Positions 1-7,897 are shown, numbered from the stretch's first letter. The stretch: DNA of 32,000 nucleotides from Promethearchaeota archaeon (GCA_048939465.1 JBHLPL010000004.1:750-32749), one strand, 5' to 3'. Numbers and translations: made by a program. The notes: generated from the letters alone by a model not told the origin.

Positions 1-305
1 ATTGGATTTGTCATATATTTGTAATGTAGTTATCTTCGCAATATCCCGATCATGAGGGGGACAGAAACCTGAAAACCCGAGCAAATCCTATTCTACTACT
101 TCATGAATCCAGAACTGCAGAAGTGCTAGAAGATTCAAAAGATCCACGATATATCGAAGATCATAGAGAAGAAGACCTATGGTTGGGTGGCAAATGCTAT
201 ATGGATTTCTAGATGCTCTTCAAGACCACCAAGAGCTAAGATAGAGAAGAATCAGGCCAAGAATTAGAACAAAGAGTTCGTTGGAGTAAAACCAACAAAG
301 AAGAG

Positions 306-467
306 ATGGTAATGCTAAAATGTGATATGTGTAAGAGGCATGCTAGATTGCTCCACCCTATAAAAATAACTAGAATCATAACAAAGAATGGTATGACAAC
401 AACAGAAGAAGAACTACAATATCTATGCCGGAAATGTTATGATAGATATAAGAATAGACAACGATAG
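306..467 (+). CDS. Small (53 aa) putative zinc-finger protein, below the ORF-track cut-off
   Basis: Manual translation MVMLKCDMCKRHARLLHPIKITRIITKNGMTTTEEELQYLCRKCYDRYKNRQR has two CxxC pairs (CDMC, CRKC) at the termini. Confidence 0.6.
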   Translation: MVMLKCDMCKRHARLLHPIKITRIITKNGMTTTEEELQYLCRKCYDRYKNRQR

Positions 468-547
468 CTAGGCACTATCCGATCTCTAAAGCACGATATA
501 ACCACTTTTAAATACACCTTCTGGAAACGGTATATGGGGGGAGAAGT

Positions 548-1129
548 TTGGCCATGGAACTGTGGTTTATTCATTTTGTATTGATGGCTATTTTAATTGC
601 CAGTAGCCTATATTTGTGGTGGAAAACGAGGGAGAACAGACTTCTGTTTATTTCCGCGAGTTTTTTTATGTCTTCTCTGGTTTTGGCGTGTGTCTTTGCA
701 GGATATTTCGCTCTTTTCTGGTTTTTTCTAATCCCGGCGGTAGTACTCTTCATATTCGGGATACCAGGAATTTCCAGAGCATTCAGAAAACTGACAAGAG
801 AGTATGCCGAAGAATCGAGAATGGGGCCTGCACGTTTTATGATTAAACTGACCAAGAAATACGGTCCGGCCAAGGCTGTTCTTCTCTGGGCCGTTATTGC
901 CGAATCCATTACCTTCGTTGTGCTCTTCCCTGTGTTTACCTTTTTAGGCTACACCTTCATTGAATGTCTCCTCATATTCATTCTTGGGTCCATTCCTGTA
1001 AGCGTAGGAATTGCGAGGTTTTTTTATCCTTGGATCTCTGATGCAGTGAAGCGAGAGATTGAGAGTGAAAAGGATAGTGAAAGGGAAACGGCTACTACTG
1101 GTGATGAAAGTGGTGAAGTGGACACCTAA
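548..1129 (+). CDS. Hypothetical multi-pass membrane protein (about 5 TM) with acidic tail
   Basis: 193-aa ORF with several hydrophobic segments, TTG start after a purine-rich SD-like tract, and a YPW motif followed by an acidic C-terminus. Confidence 0.8.
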   Translation: MAMELWFIHFVLMAILIASSLYLWWKTRENRLLFISASFFMSSLVLACVFAGYFALFWFFLIPAVVLFIFGIPGISRAFRKLTREYAEESRMGPARFMIKLTKKYGPAKAVLLWAVIAESITFVVLFPVFTFLGYTFIECLLIFILGSIPVSVGIARFFYPWISDAVKREIESEKDSERETATTGDESGEVDT

Positions 1130-1655
1130 GAGGCTGCTGATATACTTCGCAGTGATTTGGATCACAGGAATATTTGTTGAAGTGTTTGTTCTGCCAATCC
1201 TCTGGCCTGAACGCGATCCCCTCTGGATAATCTCCTCACTGGTCACGGTGTCACTGGCTCTAGGCTTGATTTATTATGTTAAGGTATACACCGCTCCAAA
1301 AGATTATCTGAAAGTCCGTCGTACCCCAGAAGATTATCGGAAGCTGTTGGGTAATACGAGGGTGTATGTTATGCTATTATTCTTCATCTTTGGTTTCGGG
1401 GGTGGACTGGGCTTTTTCGGAATCACCGCTCCCATCGTTTTGCTTCATTGGACGCTTACAGGGAATCCTCTTCCCCCTTCGTGGGGATTCCTTACGTTTA
1501 TTGGTGGACCGCTAATAGGATTGTGTGTGATGGCCTTTATTGTAAAGAAAAAGTACCCTTGGTTTATTGACAGGATGTGGTTGATTGAACTGTACGCCCA
1601 AGAGGAAGGAGAAGAAGAGGGAGAACAAGAGCTTACTGAAAGTATAGATCAGTGA
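1104..1655 (+). CDS. Hypothetical multi-pass membrane protein (about 4 TM) with acidic tail
   Basis: ORF 1059..1655. ATG at 1104 chosen as the likely start (uncertain). Four hydrophobic segments, KKYPWF motif, Glu-rich tail. Confidence 0.8.
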   Translation: MKVVKWTPKRLLIYFAVIWITGIFVEVFVLPILWPERDPLWIISSLVTVSLALGLIYYVKVYTAPKDYLKVRRTPEDYRKLLGNTRVYVMLLFFIFGFGGGLGFFGITAPIVLLHWTLTGNPLPPSWGFLTFIGGPLIGLCVMAFIVKKKYPWFIDRMWLIELYAQEEGEEEGEQELTESIDQ

Positions 1656-1717
1656 AAACAGGATTCTCAAGTTTTTTGGCTCTCAAAGATTTATGAAATT
1701 TCAAATCACCGAAAGAA

Positions 1718-2680
1718 TCAATAATCTGAAACAGGCGTAAATTCTCCCAGCTCTACTTTTCGCCTATTCATAGCTTTCTCTATATATGGCTTGATAGACT
1801 CCAGTTGTCCAGAGCAAAACTTGTCAAGATCCACCTCAATTTGCTTGGCTTGGCTTCCTTTTGGATCTCTAGATCCTTTGTATATCACATTCATTATGGA
1901 TACCGATGGGAAATATTGACCAAAGCCACTTCTATACGCTCCAACTTTTTGGAATACTGAGACCGATTTTAGCATGTCTGTTGGAATCTCCCAGTTGTTG
2001 CTCTTGCCTCCTCCCGGTCTTGATCTGATCAACCTTTCGGAGGTAACAGTCAGAATATCTCCTTCCCCCAGCGATAGACCAACGGAGTGATAGACCCACT
2101 CATCAGAATGAAGCATATCCCTGATATCCGCCGGCAAAGACATTCTAAGTTTCTCCTGTTCCAAGCAGAATCTCGCTCTCTGTTCCTCAGGAACCGCATA
2201 TCTGTCAAGCTCCTTGACCAAGTATAATCCACAAGAATAGCAGTAAATCTGTTCCTTTCCAGTAATAGTGAAGGATCCACAATATGGGCAAGCATTATTC
2301 TTTAGGAAAAATGAAACTGCTTCAATCCCAAAATTCGATTTAAAAGCAAGCTTTATATCTCCTCTAAAGAGCTTCAGATCCTCTCCTACAAGTTTCAGTC
2401 CCAGAACAACGTCTCGTTTCTCATCGTACTCCTTTTGAAGCCTTCGTCCTTCTTTCTTCCACCAGGCGGTAAACTCTTTCTTACTAAGAGCAAGGTAGAC
2501 AACCTTCTTTCTTATTTGCTTAATCAGTGTATCAGGAATTGCAAATCTGCCTTTTCGACCTATATAGACATTCATAACCATCCGACCGTTAACTATCTCT
2601 AAAATAGATCCCAGTTGGCTTTCGTCAGAACTCCTGACCTCTGCAGTTGGTTCCGTTAGATTTGAGACTTTATCAATCAA
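1718..2680 (-). CDS. Hypothetical protein: possible AbrB-like N-terminal segment, zinc ribbon, C-terminal PH-like domain
   Basis: 320-aa ORF with GGAGG SD before TTG. Motifs: IGRKGRFAIPDTL (AbrB-like), CPYCG...CYSCG (zinc ribbon), LTVTSERLI...EIPTDMLKSVSV (bacterial-PH-like pattern). Domain calls are by eye. Confidence 0.75.
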   Translation of the reverse strand: MIDKVSNLTEPTAEVRSSDESQLGSILEIVNGRMVMNVYIGRKGRFAIPDTLIKQIRKKVVYLALSKKEFTAWWKKEGRRLQKEYDEKRDVVLGLKLVGEDLKLFRGDIKLAFKSNFGIEAVSFFLKNNACPYCGSFTITGKEQIYCYSCGLYLVKELDRYAVPEEQRARFCLEQEKLRMSLPADIRDMLHSDEWVYHSVGLSLGEGDILTVTSERLIRSRPGGGKSNNWEIPTDMLKSVSVFQKVGAYRSGFGQYFPSVSIMNVIYKGSRDPKGSQAKQIEVDLDKFCSGQLESIKPYIEKAMNRRKVELGEFTPVSDY

Positions 2681-2841
2681 TGCCTCCCCCCCATGGCATA
2701 GGTTTGTATTTACTTATGATTAAAGACATATTTACTTTTGCTCCCTCCAGGTTTCTGTGGAAAAACAACTGCGATAAGAAGATGCTAATTTAGGTTAGAA
2801 TTCTTTCCAAAGAAGGTAAAAAATATAAAAGAAAGCAGTCC

Positions 2842-3873
2842 ATGGTACTAGAGGAGGCGATATCAGTTCAAATTGATCCAACTTTATTAAACACCATAAT
2901 GGTGGGCATCTTTACATTATTTGGCGCATCCTTTGGCGGTCTAATAACCTATTTGATCAGCCGTCAAAGAATGAAATATGAGGAAGAACAGCGCCTAAAA
3001 GAAGAAAGGACAGGGAAATTTGAAGACTTGGCTGAAAATATCCTCAATCCGATATTTTACGAACTACGGTCCAATTCCCCTAAACTGCGCAAAGCGGCGA
3101 ATTTCTTGACAGAGTTTATTACCTACAATCCTGAAAACCCCATGCCGTTGGATTTGGCTTCTCGCCAAAAACAGATGACGCCGGAACTAACAGAATGGAA
3201 TCTTATCAATAAGCACAAAAGACGGTACTTCTTCGATAGATTGTGGAATGACTTATCAGCCGTATATGGTGGATTTGAGGCTTATGATTCCATTGTTGAA
3301 GTTCTTTTCCTGCAGTTTGTACGATTCAAGAATGAGTTTGATAAAACAGATAGTCCTGAATTCACTCCTGAACAGAGAAAAGAGAACATAAGCAGACTTA
3401 AACGTTTTTATCAGGAACAAATATCGATGATCTACGGTGCGATAACAACCATCGCACCCCGTTTACTCCTTTGGTCTGACGAAATCATCCGGCGAATAGA
3501 GAGTCTGCTCAAGTTTCTGTCAATCGATTCAGCGGAATTAGAGAGGCTCTCCTTAGGATCTCTAGATAGGCAATATGAACAAGTCTCAAAAGATTTTTCT
3601 GAGGGGTTCTTTGGACTCGCAGGCTTATTTGACTTGAGGTTCAGGTATATTGGTATGTCACAGACGATAGAACTTTTTAGGAGCCAGGAAGAGAACTTAG
3701 CTTCGAAGCTAAGCGATCCGAAGATTAAAGAATTTGAGAAAGACGAGCTTAAGGACAATCTGAAGAAGATAAAGGACGGCAGAGAAGAACTGGAAAAGCA
3801 AATTGTAGAGTTGGAAGAACAAATCGCTGTTCAGAGCAAGAATTTTGAGGGGGACTATCGAAACCGGGAATGA
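2842..3873 (+). CDS. Hypothetical protein with N-terminal membrane anchor and C-terminal coiled coil
   Basis: 343-aa ORF. IMVGIFTLFGASFGGLITYLI is a TM helix followed by basic residues; the C-terminus is heptad-rich and charged. Confidence 0.8.
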   Translation: MVLEEAISVQIDPTLLNTIMVGIFTLFGASFGGLITYLISRQRMKYEEEQRLKEERTGKFEDLAENILNPIFYELRSNSPKLRKAANFLTEFITYNPENPMPLDLASRQKQMTPELTEWNLINKHKRRYFFDRLWNDLSAVYGGFEAYDSIVEVLFLQFVRFKNEFDKTDSPEFTPEQRKENISRLKRFYQEQISMIYGAITTIAPRLLLWSDEIIRRIESLLKFLSIDSAELERLSLGSLDRQYEQVSKDFSEGFFGLAGLFDLRFRYIGMSQTIELFRSQEENLASKLSDPKIKEFEKDELKDNLKKIKDGREELEKQIVELEEQIAVQSKNFEGDYRNRE

Positions 3874-3970
3874 ATCTGGAGCTCCGAATTATATGGCGAA
3901 TTCACCAATCTGAGCGGACTTCCCTATCGGAACTTGCGTTTGCATAAGTGTTGTTTTGAATAATCAAGAT

Positions 3971-3984
3971 TATAACAGCGTTAT
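3971..3984. promoter_or_regulatory. Candidate operator, site 1 (TATAACAGCGTTAT), abutting the cysE TATA box
   Basis: ATAAC-N3-GTTAT palindrome; the same motif recurs at 4010 and 7870. Confidence 0.65.
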
Positions 3985-3991
3985 TTTTATA
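3983..3991 (+). promoter_or_regulatory. Probable TATA box of the cysE-cysK operon
   Basis: TTTTTATAA-like tract about 50 nt upstream of the cysE start, matching the archaeal TATA consensus. Confidence 0.55.
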
Positions 3992-4009
3992 AGCTACTAT
4001 CTGCATACG

Positions 4010-4023
4010 TATAACAGTGTTAA
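4010..4023. promoter_or_regulatory. Candidate operator, site 2 (TATAACAGTGTTAA), over the expected cysE transcription start
   Basis: Near-perfect copy of the ATAAC-N3-GTTAT palindrome about 20-30 nt downstream of the TATA box. Confidence 0.6.
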
Positions 4024-4040
4024 ATCGGGAGTAATCTATC

Positions 4041-4844
4041 TTGAAAAAAGACGCAGTGTGTATAGGTTGTGGTGTTGAACTCACAGACAAATATGAAAGA
4101 AAAGTTTGTGCGCAATGTCTGTTAGGCCTGAGTCTTGGAATAACTGAAGATCAATCTAAGGAGATAGTTAAACAGCTCAATGAAATACTAACAACATTTG
4201 GCTCTGATGTTGCAGCAGCTTTCAATAAAGATCCAGCAGCCAGAAGTCTAGTCGAAGTCCTAACCTCCTACCCGGGTATCCAAGCTATACTGCTTCATAG
4301 AGTTGCTCATTTCTTCTGGAACGTGGGTCTTCCTTTCATCCCGAGGTACCTTTCTAACATCACGAGGCAGATAACCGGAATCGAAATACACCCAGGGGCC
4401 AAAATAGGAAAAAACTTCTTCATAGATCATGGATCTGGTACGGTTATAGGAGAAACGGCGGAAATAGGAGATAACGTAACAATATACCAGAATGTGACAT
4501 TAGGCGGTACCAGTTTAGAGCCAGTAAAACGCCATCCAACCATAGGTAACAATGTGGTTATCGGAACAGGCGCGAAAATCCTAGGACCGATAACCATAGG
4601 GGATAACGTGAGAGTAGGAGCCAACTCAGTGGTAACTAAGGATGTCCCCCCAAACTCAGTTGTAGTGGGAGTTCCAGGTAGAATAACAAGAAGAGAAGGA
4701 AAGAAGGTTTCTAGATTAGAAATAGACTTGGAACATGGCGATCTGCCGGATCCTTTGGTTGACCTACTGTCAAAAGTAGAGAACCGAGTGGAGGATTTAG
4801 AAGAGAAAATCAGGGAGATGAAAAACGTTAGGAAGAATATATAA
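4041..4844 (+). CDS. cysE: Serine O-acetyltransferase with N-terminal Cys4 zinc-finger extension
   Basis: DPAARS...YPG...HRVAH helical domain, hexapeptide repeats ([28 protein letters not shown]), KRHPTIG and HGDLPDP motifs. Confidence 0.96.
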   Translation: MKKDAVCIGCGVELTDKYERKVCAQCLLGLSLGITEDQSKEIVKQLNEILTTFGSDVAAAFNKDPAARSLVEVLTSYPGIQAILLHRVAHFFWNVGLPFIPRYLSNITRQITGIEIHPGAKIGKNFFIDHGSGTVIGETAEIGDNVTIYQNVTLGGTSLEPVKRHPTIGNNVVIGTGAKILGPITIGDNVRVGANSVVTKDVPPNSVVVGVPGRITRREGKKVSRLEIDLEHGDLPDPLVDLLSKVENRVEDLEEKIREMKNVRKNI

Positions 4845-5757
4845 CAACATAATCGAGACCATAGGTCGCACACCGCTGGTTCGGTTGAATAGAATAACCA
4901 AGGGTTTGAATGCCCACGTTCTGGTAAAATTGGAGTCATTTAACCCCGGTGGCAGTGTTAAGGATAGAATCGGCATGTCAATGATCGACGCTGCTGAAAG
5001 GGCCGGCCTGATAAGACCAGGTGACAGAATAATTGAACCAACTTCGGGTAATACCGGGATTGCCCTGGCAATGGTAGCTGCGGCCAAGGATTATAAGCTG
5101 ACGTTAACGATGCCCGAAAGTATGTCTGTCGAAAGAAGAAAGATACTCACAGCTTTGGGCGCGGAGACGGTTCTTACTCCCGCATCTGATGGTATGAAGG
5201 GCGCTGTTGAGAAGGCTGCAGAAATCGCTAAAAAAGAAGGGAAAGCATTCATTCCGCAGCAATTCAGAAACTCAGCGAATCCTGAAATTCACAGAAAGAC
5301 TACCGCAATAGAGATACTCGAAGACACAAACGGAAAGGTTGACGCGTTCGTAGCAGGAGTAGGTACAGGAGGTACTATCACAGGAGTAGGCGAGGTTCTG
5401 AAAGACAGATTAGGGAATAGAGTTCAAATAATCGCAGTTGAGCCCAAAGATTCGCCGGTCCTGTCGGGAGGAAAACCAGGGCCACACAAGATTCAGGGCA
5501 TAGGAGCGGGATTTGTTCCAGAAGTGTTGAATACCGAAGTCATAGACCGCATAATCCAAGTCGAAGAGATCGATGCTGTCGAAACAACCAGGAAATTAGC
5601 AAGACTAGAGGGGATATTTGCGGGGATATCCTCTGGCGCTGCTGTGTGGGCAGCTCTCCAAATTGCCAAAAATGCAGCTCCGCGAAATAACATCGTAGTA
5701 GTTCTGCCTGACACTGGCGAAAGATATTTGACCACAGAATTGTTTGAGTATCCGTAG
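4837..5757 (+). CDS. cysK: Cysteine synthase A (O-acetylserine sulfhydrylase); start codon non-canonical or uncertain
   Basis: [14 protein letters not shown] (PLP lysine), [15 protein letters not shown] and HKIQGIGAG motifs. The frame continues upstream of TTG-4885 as [20 protein letters not shown] to a TGA at 4819-4821. ATA-4837 is given as a provisional start. Confidence 0.95.
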   Translation: MYNNIIETIGRTPLVRLNRITKGLNAHVLVKLESFNPGGSVKDRIGMSMIDAAERAGLIRPGDRIIEPTSGNTGIALAMVAAAKDYKLTLTMPESMSVERRKILTALGAETVLTPASDGMKGAVEKAAEIAKKEGKAFIPQQFRNSANPEIHRKTTAIEILEDTNGKVDAFVAGVGTGGTITGVGEVLKDRLGNRVQIIAVEPKDSPVLSGGKPGPHKIQGIGAGFVPEVLNTEVIDRIIQVEEIDAVETTRKLARLEGIFAGISSGAAVWAALQIAKNAAPRNNIVVVLPDTGERYLTTELFEYP

Positions 5758-5818
5758 GTACCCACAAGATTCCGCTAAGAATCAATTTATGTTACTCTTA
5801 TTGAATTGGATGATAAGA

Positions 5819-6178
5819 ATGGAACTTCCGTGCGAGACAGCAGCGAAATATGTATTCCCCATCTTTAAATCAATTGTGGCAAAGGAACTCGTACAGAAAT
5901 ACAATTTCACCCAAACAGCGGCGGCAGAGAAGCTTGGAACGACCCAGGCTGCTATAAGCCAATATATTCATTCGAAACGTGGATACAGGAGGGACACAAA
6001 ACAGCTTAGAGAGATCCTGCCCGTGATCCAAGCTGTTGCCTGCAAAACCGCTGATCAAATAGCGGCCGAAGATCTAAAGACTGACGAGGTCATACCAAGA
6101 GTCTGCGGACTATGTATGCTAGCACGCCGGCTATCTAACATAAGCATTCGAAGAAGAATTCGCTCGACAAAGAAGTGA
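5819..6178 (+). CDS. Archaeal HTH transcriptional regulator (COG2522-like, XRE-type)
   Basis: MELPCETAAKYVFP...KELVQKYNFTQTAAAEKLGTTQAAISQYIHSKRG pattern plus a C-terminal CGLC. ATG at 5819 preferred over the ORF-track start. Confidence 0.85.
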   Translation: MELPCETAAKYVFPIFKSIVAKELVQKYNFTQTAAAEKLGTTQAAISQYIHSKRGYRRDTKQLREILPVIQAVACKTADQIAAEDLKTDEVIPRVCGLCMLARRLSNISIRRRIRSTKK

Positions 6179-6262
6179 AGAGAAGGTCCGTAATTCATCT
6201 CTTCGTAATATATTATTAGATTTCCCAGTTCAGTACTCAAATGAAGCACGTCCTTGCTTTGT

Positions 6263-7696
6263 TCAGGGAATAATATCATCTTTCTCTATTGTCCATCTGA
6301 CTCCGACAGGCGTGTCCTTAAGAGTCACCCCCATCCTTCTCAGCTTATCCCTTATCGCATCAGCTGTTTCCCAGTCCTTTCTTTTCCTTGCCTCTTCCCT
6401 CTGCTTAATCAGTTCTTCGATCTGTAGGTGCAATTCTTTCTCTTCATCCTTGAATTTCAGCCCAAAGACTTCCGAGAATCGTTTGAATATCTGTAAGGCA
6501 GTCTTTAGAGCATCTTTGTTCCTTCTTCTCTGCAGATACCCGTTTATCTCTTTCGCCAGTTCGTGAAATACTCTTAAGGCAAGTGGCGTGTTTAGATCAT
6601 CGTCCATTGCTTTGATGAATCTTTTCTCAATTGTTGCCAATTCATTCAAGAAAGCCTTCTCCGATTCCGCCTTCTTTGTGTCGGCATGTTTCATAAAGAA
6701 ATTAATCCGGCCAAATGTCTCCTTCAGCTTATCATAATTCCTCTTTGCATTAGCGGCGAATTCCTCAGTATAATTCAGTTTCTTTCGGTAATGAGCAGAG
6801 AGAAACATATATCTTACGACTTCGGGGCTGAATCTTTTGATGACGTCTTCAAGAGTTATGTAGTTCCCCAGTGATTTGCTCATTTTTCTTCCGTTGACCA
6901 AGAGATGCTCTCCGTGCATCCAATATTTGACAAAATCTTTTCCTGTGTAGGCTTCTGATTGAGCAATCTCATTCTCGTGATGGGGAAAAATCAGGTCCAC
7001 ACCGCCAGTATGTATATCCAGAGACTCTCCCAGAAATTTCATTGCAAGGGTGGAGCATTCAATGTGCCAGCCAGGTCGGACGTTCCCCCATTCGGTCTTA
7101 TAGTAAATACGTCTCCTGAGTTCTTCTGGGGTTGTTCTTTTCAATAAAGCAAAATCGCGGGGATTATCCTTGTCGTATTCATCGACGTCAACCCTTGCTC
7201 CAGCTTTTGTTTCACTTAGAATTATCTTGGAGAGTTTACCATAATCTTTGAACTTAGAAATATCAAAATAAACGCTTCCTGATTTTGTGTAAGCATATCC
7301 TTTTCTTGCCAACTCTCTGGTTATGTTAATCATATCTTGAACATGCTCTGTTGCTCGAGGGTAGTTTAGAGCTCTCTTTATGTTCAGCATATCTACGCCT
7401 TTGAAGAACTCTTTGACATATTTTTCCGTGAATTTCTTGAGAGAAAGACCTTCTTTTCCAGAGTCCCTTATTGTCTTGTCATCAATATCGGTGATGTTCA
7501 TCACATATTTCACTCTATACCCAATGTGTTCAAGGTATCTTCTAATCAAGTCTCCCATCAAGAAACTTCTGTAGTTCCCTAAATGAGGTGTAGAATAGAC
7601 CGTAGGACCGCAAGTATACATTCTGACCTCTTCTTTGCGAATTGGTTTGAATACTTCTTTCTTCTTAGTTAAGGTGTTGAAAACTCTCAAGACCAT
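6263..7696 (-). CDS. cysS: Cysteine--tRNA ligase (class I)
   Basis: YTCGPTVY...HLGN (HIGH), PGWHIECS, HTGGVDLIFPHHENE, KMSKS, and a C-terminal anticodon-binding segment ADAIRDKL...LKDT. Confidence 0.98.
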   Translation of the reverse strand: MVLRVFNTLTKKKEVFKPIRKEEVRMYTCGPTVYSTPHLGNYRSFLMGDLIRRYLEHIGYRVKYVMNITDIDDKTIRDSGKEGLSLKKFTEKYVKEFFKGVDMLNIKRALNYPRATEHVQDMINITRELARKGYAYTKSGSVYFDISKFKDYGKLSKIILSETKAGARVDVDEYDKDNPRDFALLKRTTPEELRRRIYYKTEWGNVRPGWHIECSTLAMKFLGESLDIHTGGVDLIFPHHENEIAQSEAYTGKDFVKYWMHGEHLLVNGRKMSKSLGNYITLEDVIKRFSPEVVRYMFLSAHYRKKLNYTEEFAANAKRNYDKLKETFGRINFFMKHADTKKAESEKAFLNELATIEKRFIKAMDDDLNTPLALRVFHELAKEINGYLQRRRNKDALKTALQIFKRFSEVFGLKFKDEEKELHLQIEELIKQREEARKRKDWETADAIRDKLRRMGVTLKDTPVGVRWTIEKDDIIP

Positions 7697-7710
7697 TCTC
7701 CTTCACCTGA

Positions 7711-7811
7711 AGCCGAGGAGGGGAGTTGAACCCCTTTAAACCGGTATCAGCACATCACCAATCAGCATACCAGTTTTGCAGCCGGACGCATGGCCGTTCT
7801 GCCACCTCGGC
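7711..7811 (-). tRNA. tRNA-Cys(GCA) with a 30-nt intron at position 37/38; CCA not encoded
   Basis: Minus strand: acceptor stem GCCGAGG/CCTCGGC, U73 discriminator, anticodon arm TCCGG-CTGCAA^A-CCGGT, T arm AGGGG-TTCAACT-CCCCT. Confidence 0.95.
7746..7775 (-). ncRNA. tRNA-Cys intron with box D'/C' K-loop and a second CTGA; candidate guide RNA
   Basis: AACTGGTATG-CTGA-TTG-GTGATGT-G-CTGA-T. Relaxed bulge-helix-bulge: C32-U33-G34-C35 pairs with intron GCUG with one U.U mismatch. Confidence 0.6.
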
Positions 7812-7869
7812 ATCTTTTATAGATTCGTATCCCCACTTACTAATTAAATTGATCCATATTCCGATATCA

Positions 7870-7883
7870 TATAACATTGTTAT
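7870..7883. promoter_or_regulatory. Candidate operator, site 3 (TATAACATTGTTAT), upstream of tRNA-Cys/cysS
   Basis: ATAACA-T-TGTTAT palindrome with the same consensus as the two cysE sites. It overlaps a second palindrome, TTATGAG-GT-CTCATAA (7880-7895). Confidence 0.6.
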
Positions 7884-7897
7884 GAGGTCTCATAAAA

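Noticed and set aside
1-300. A-rich, coding-like sequence at the window start
   Set aside because: All plus-strand frames are broken by stops (for example TGA 70-72 and TAG 127-129) and no family motif is recognisable, so it cannot be called a gene or pseudogene.
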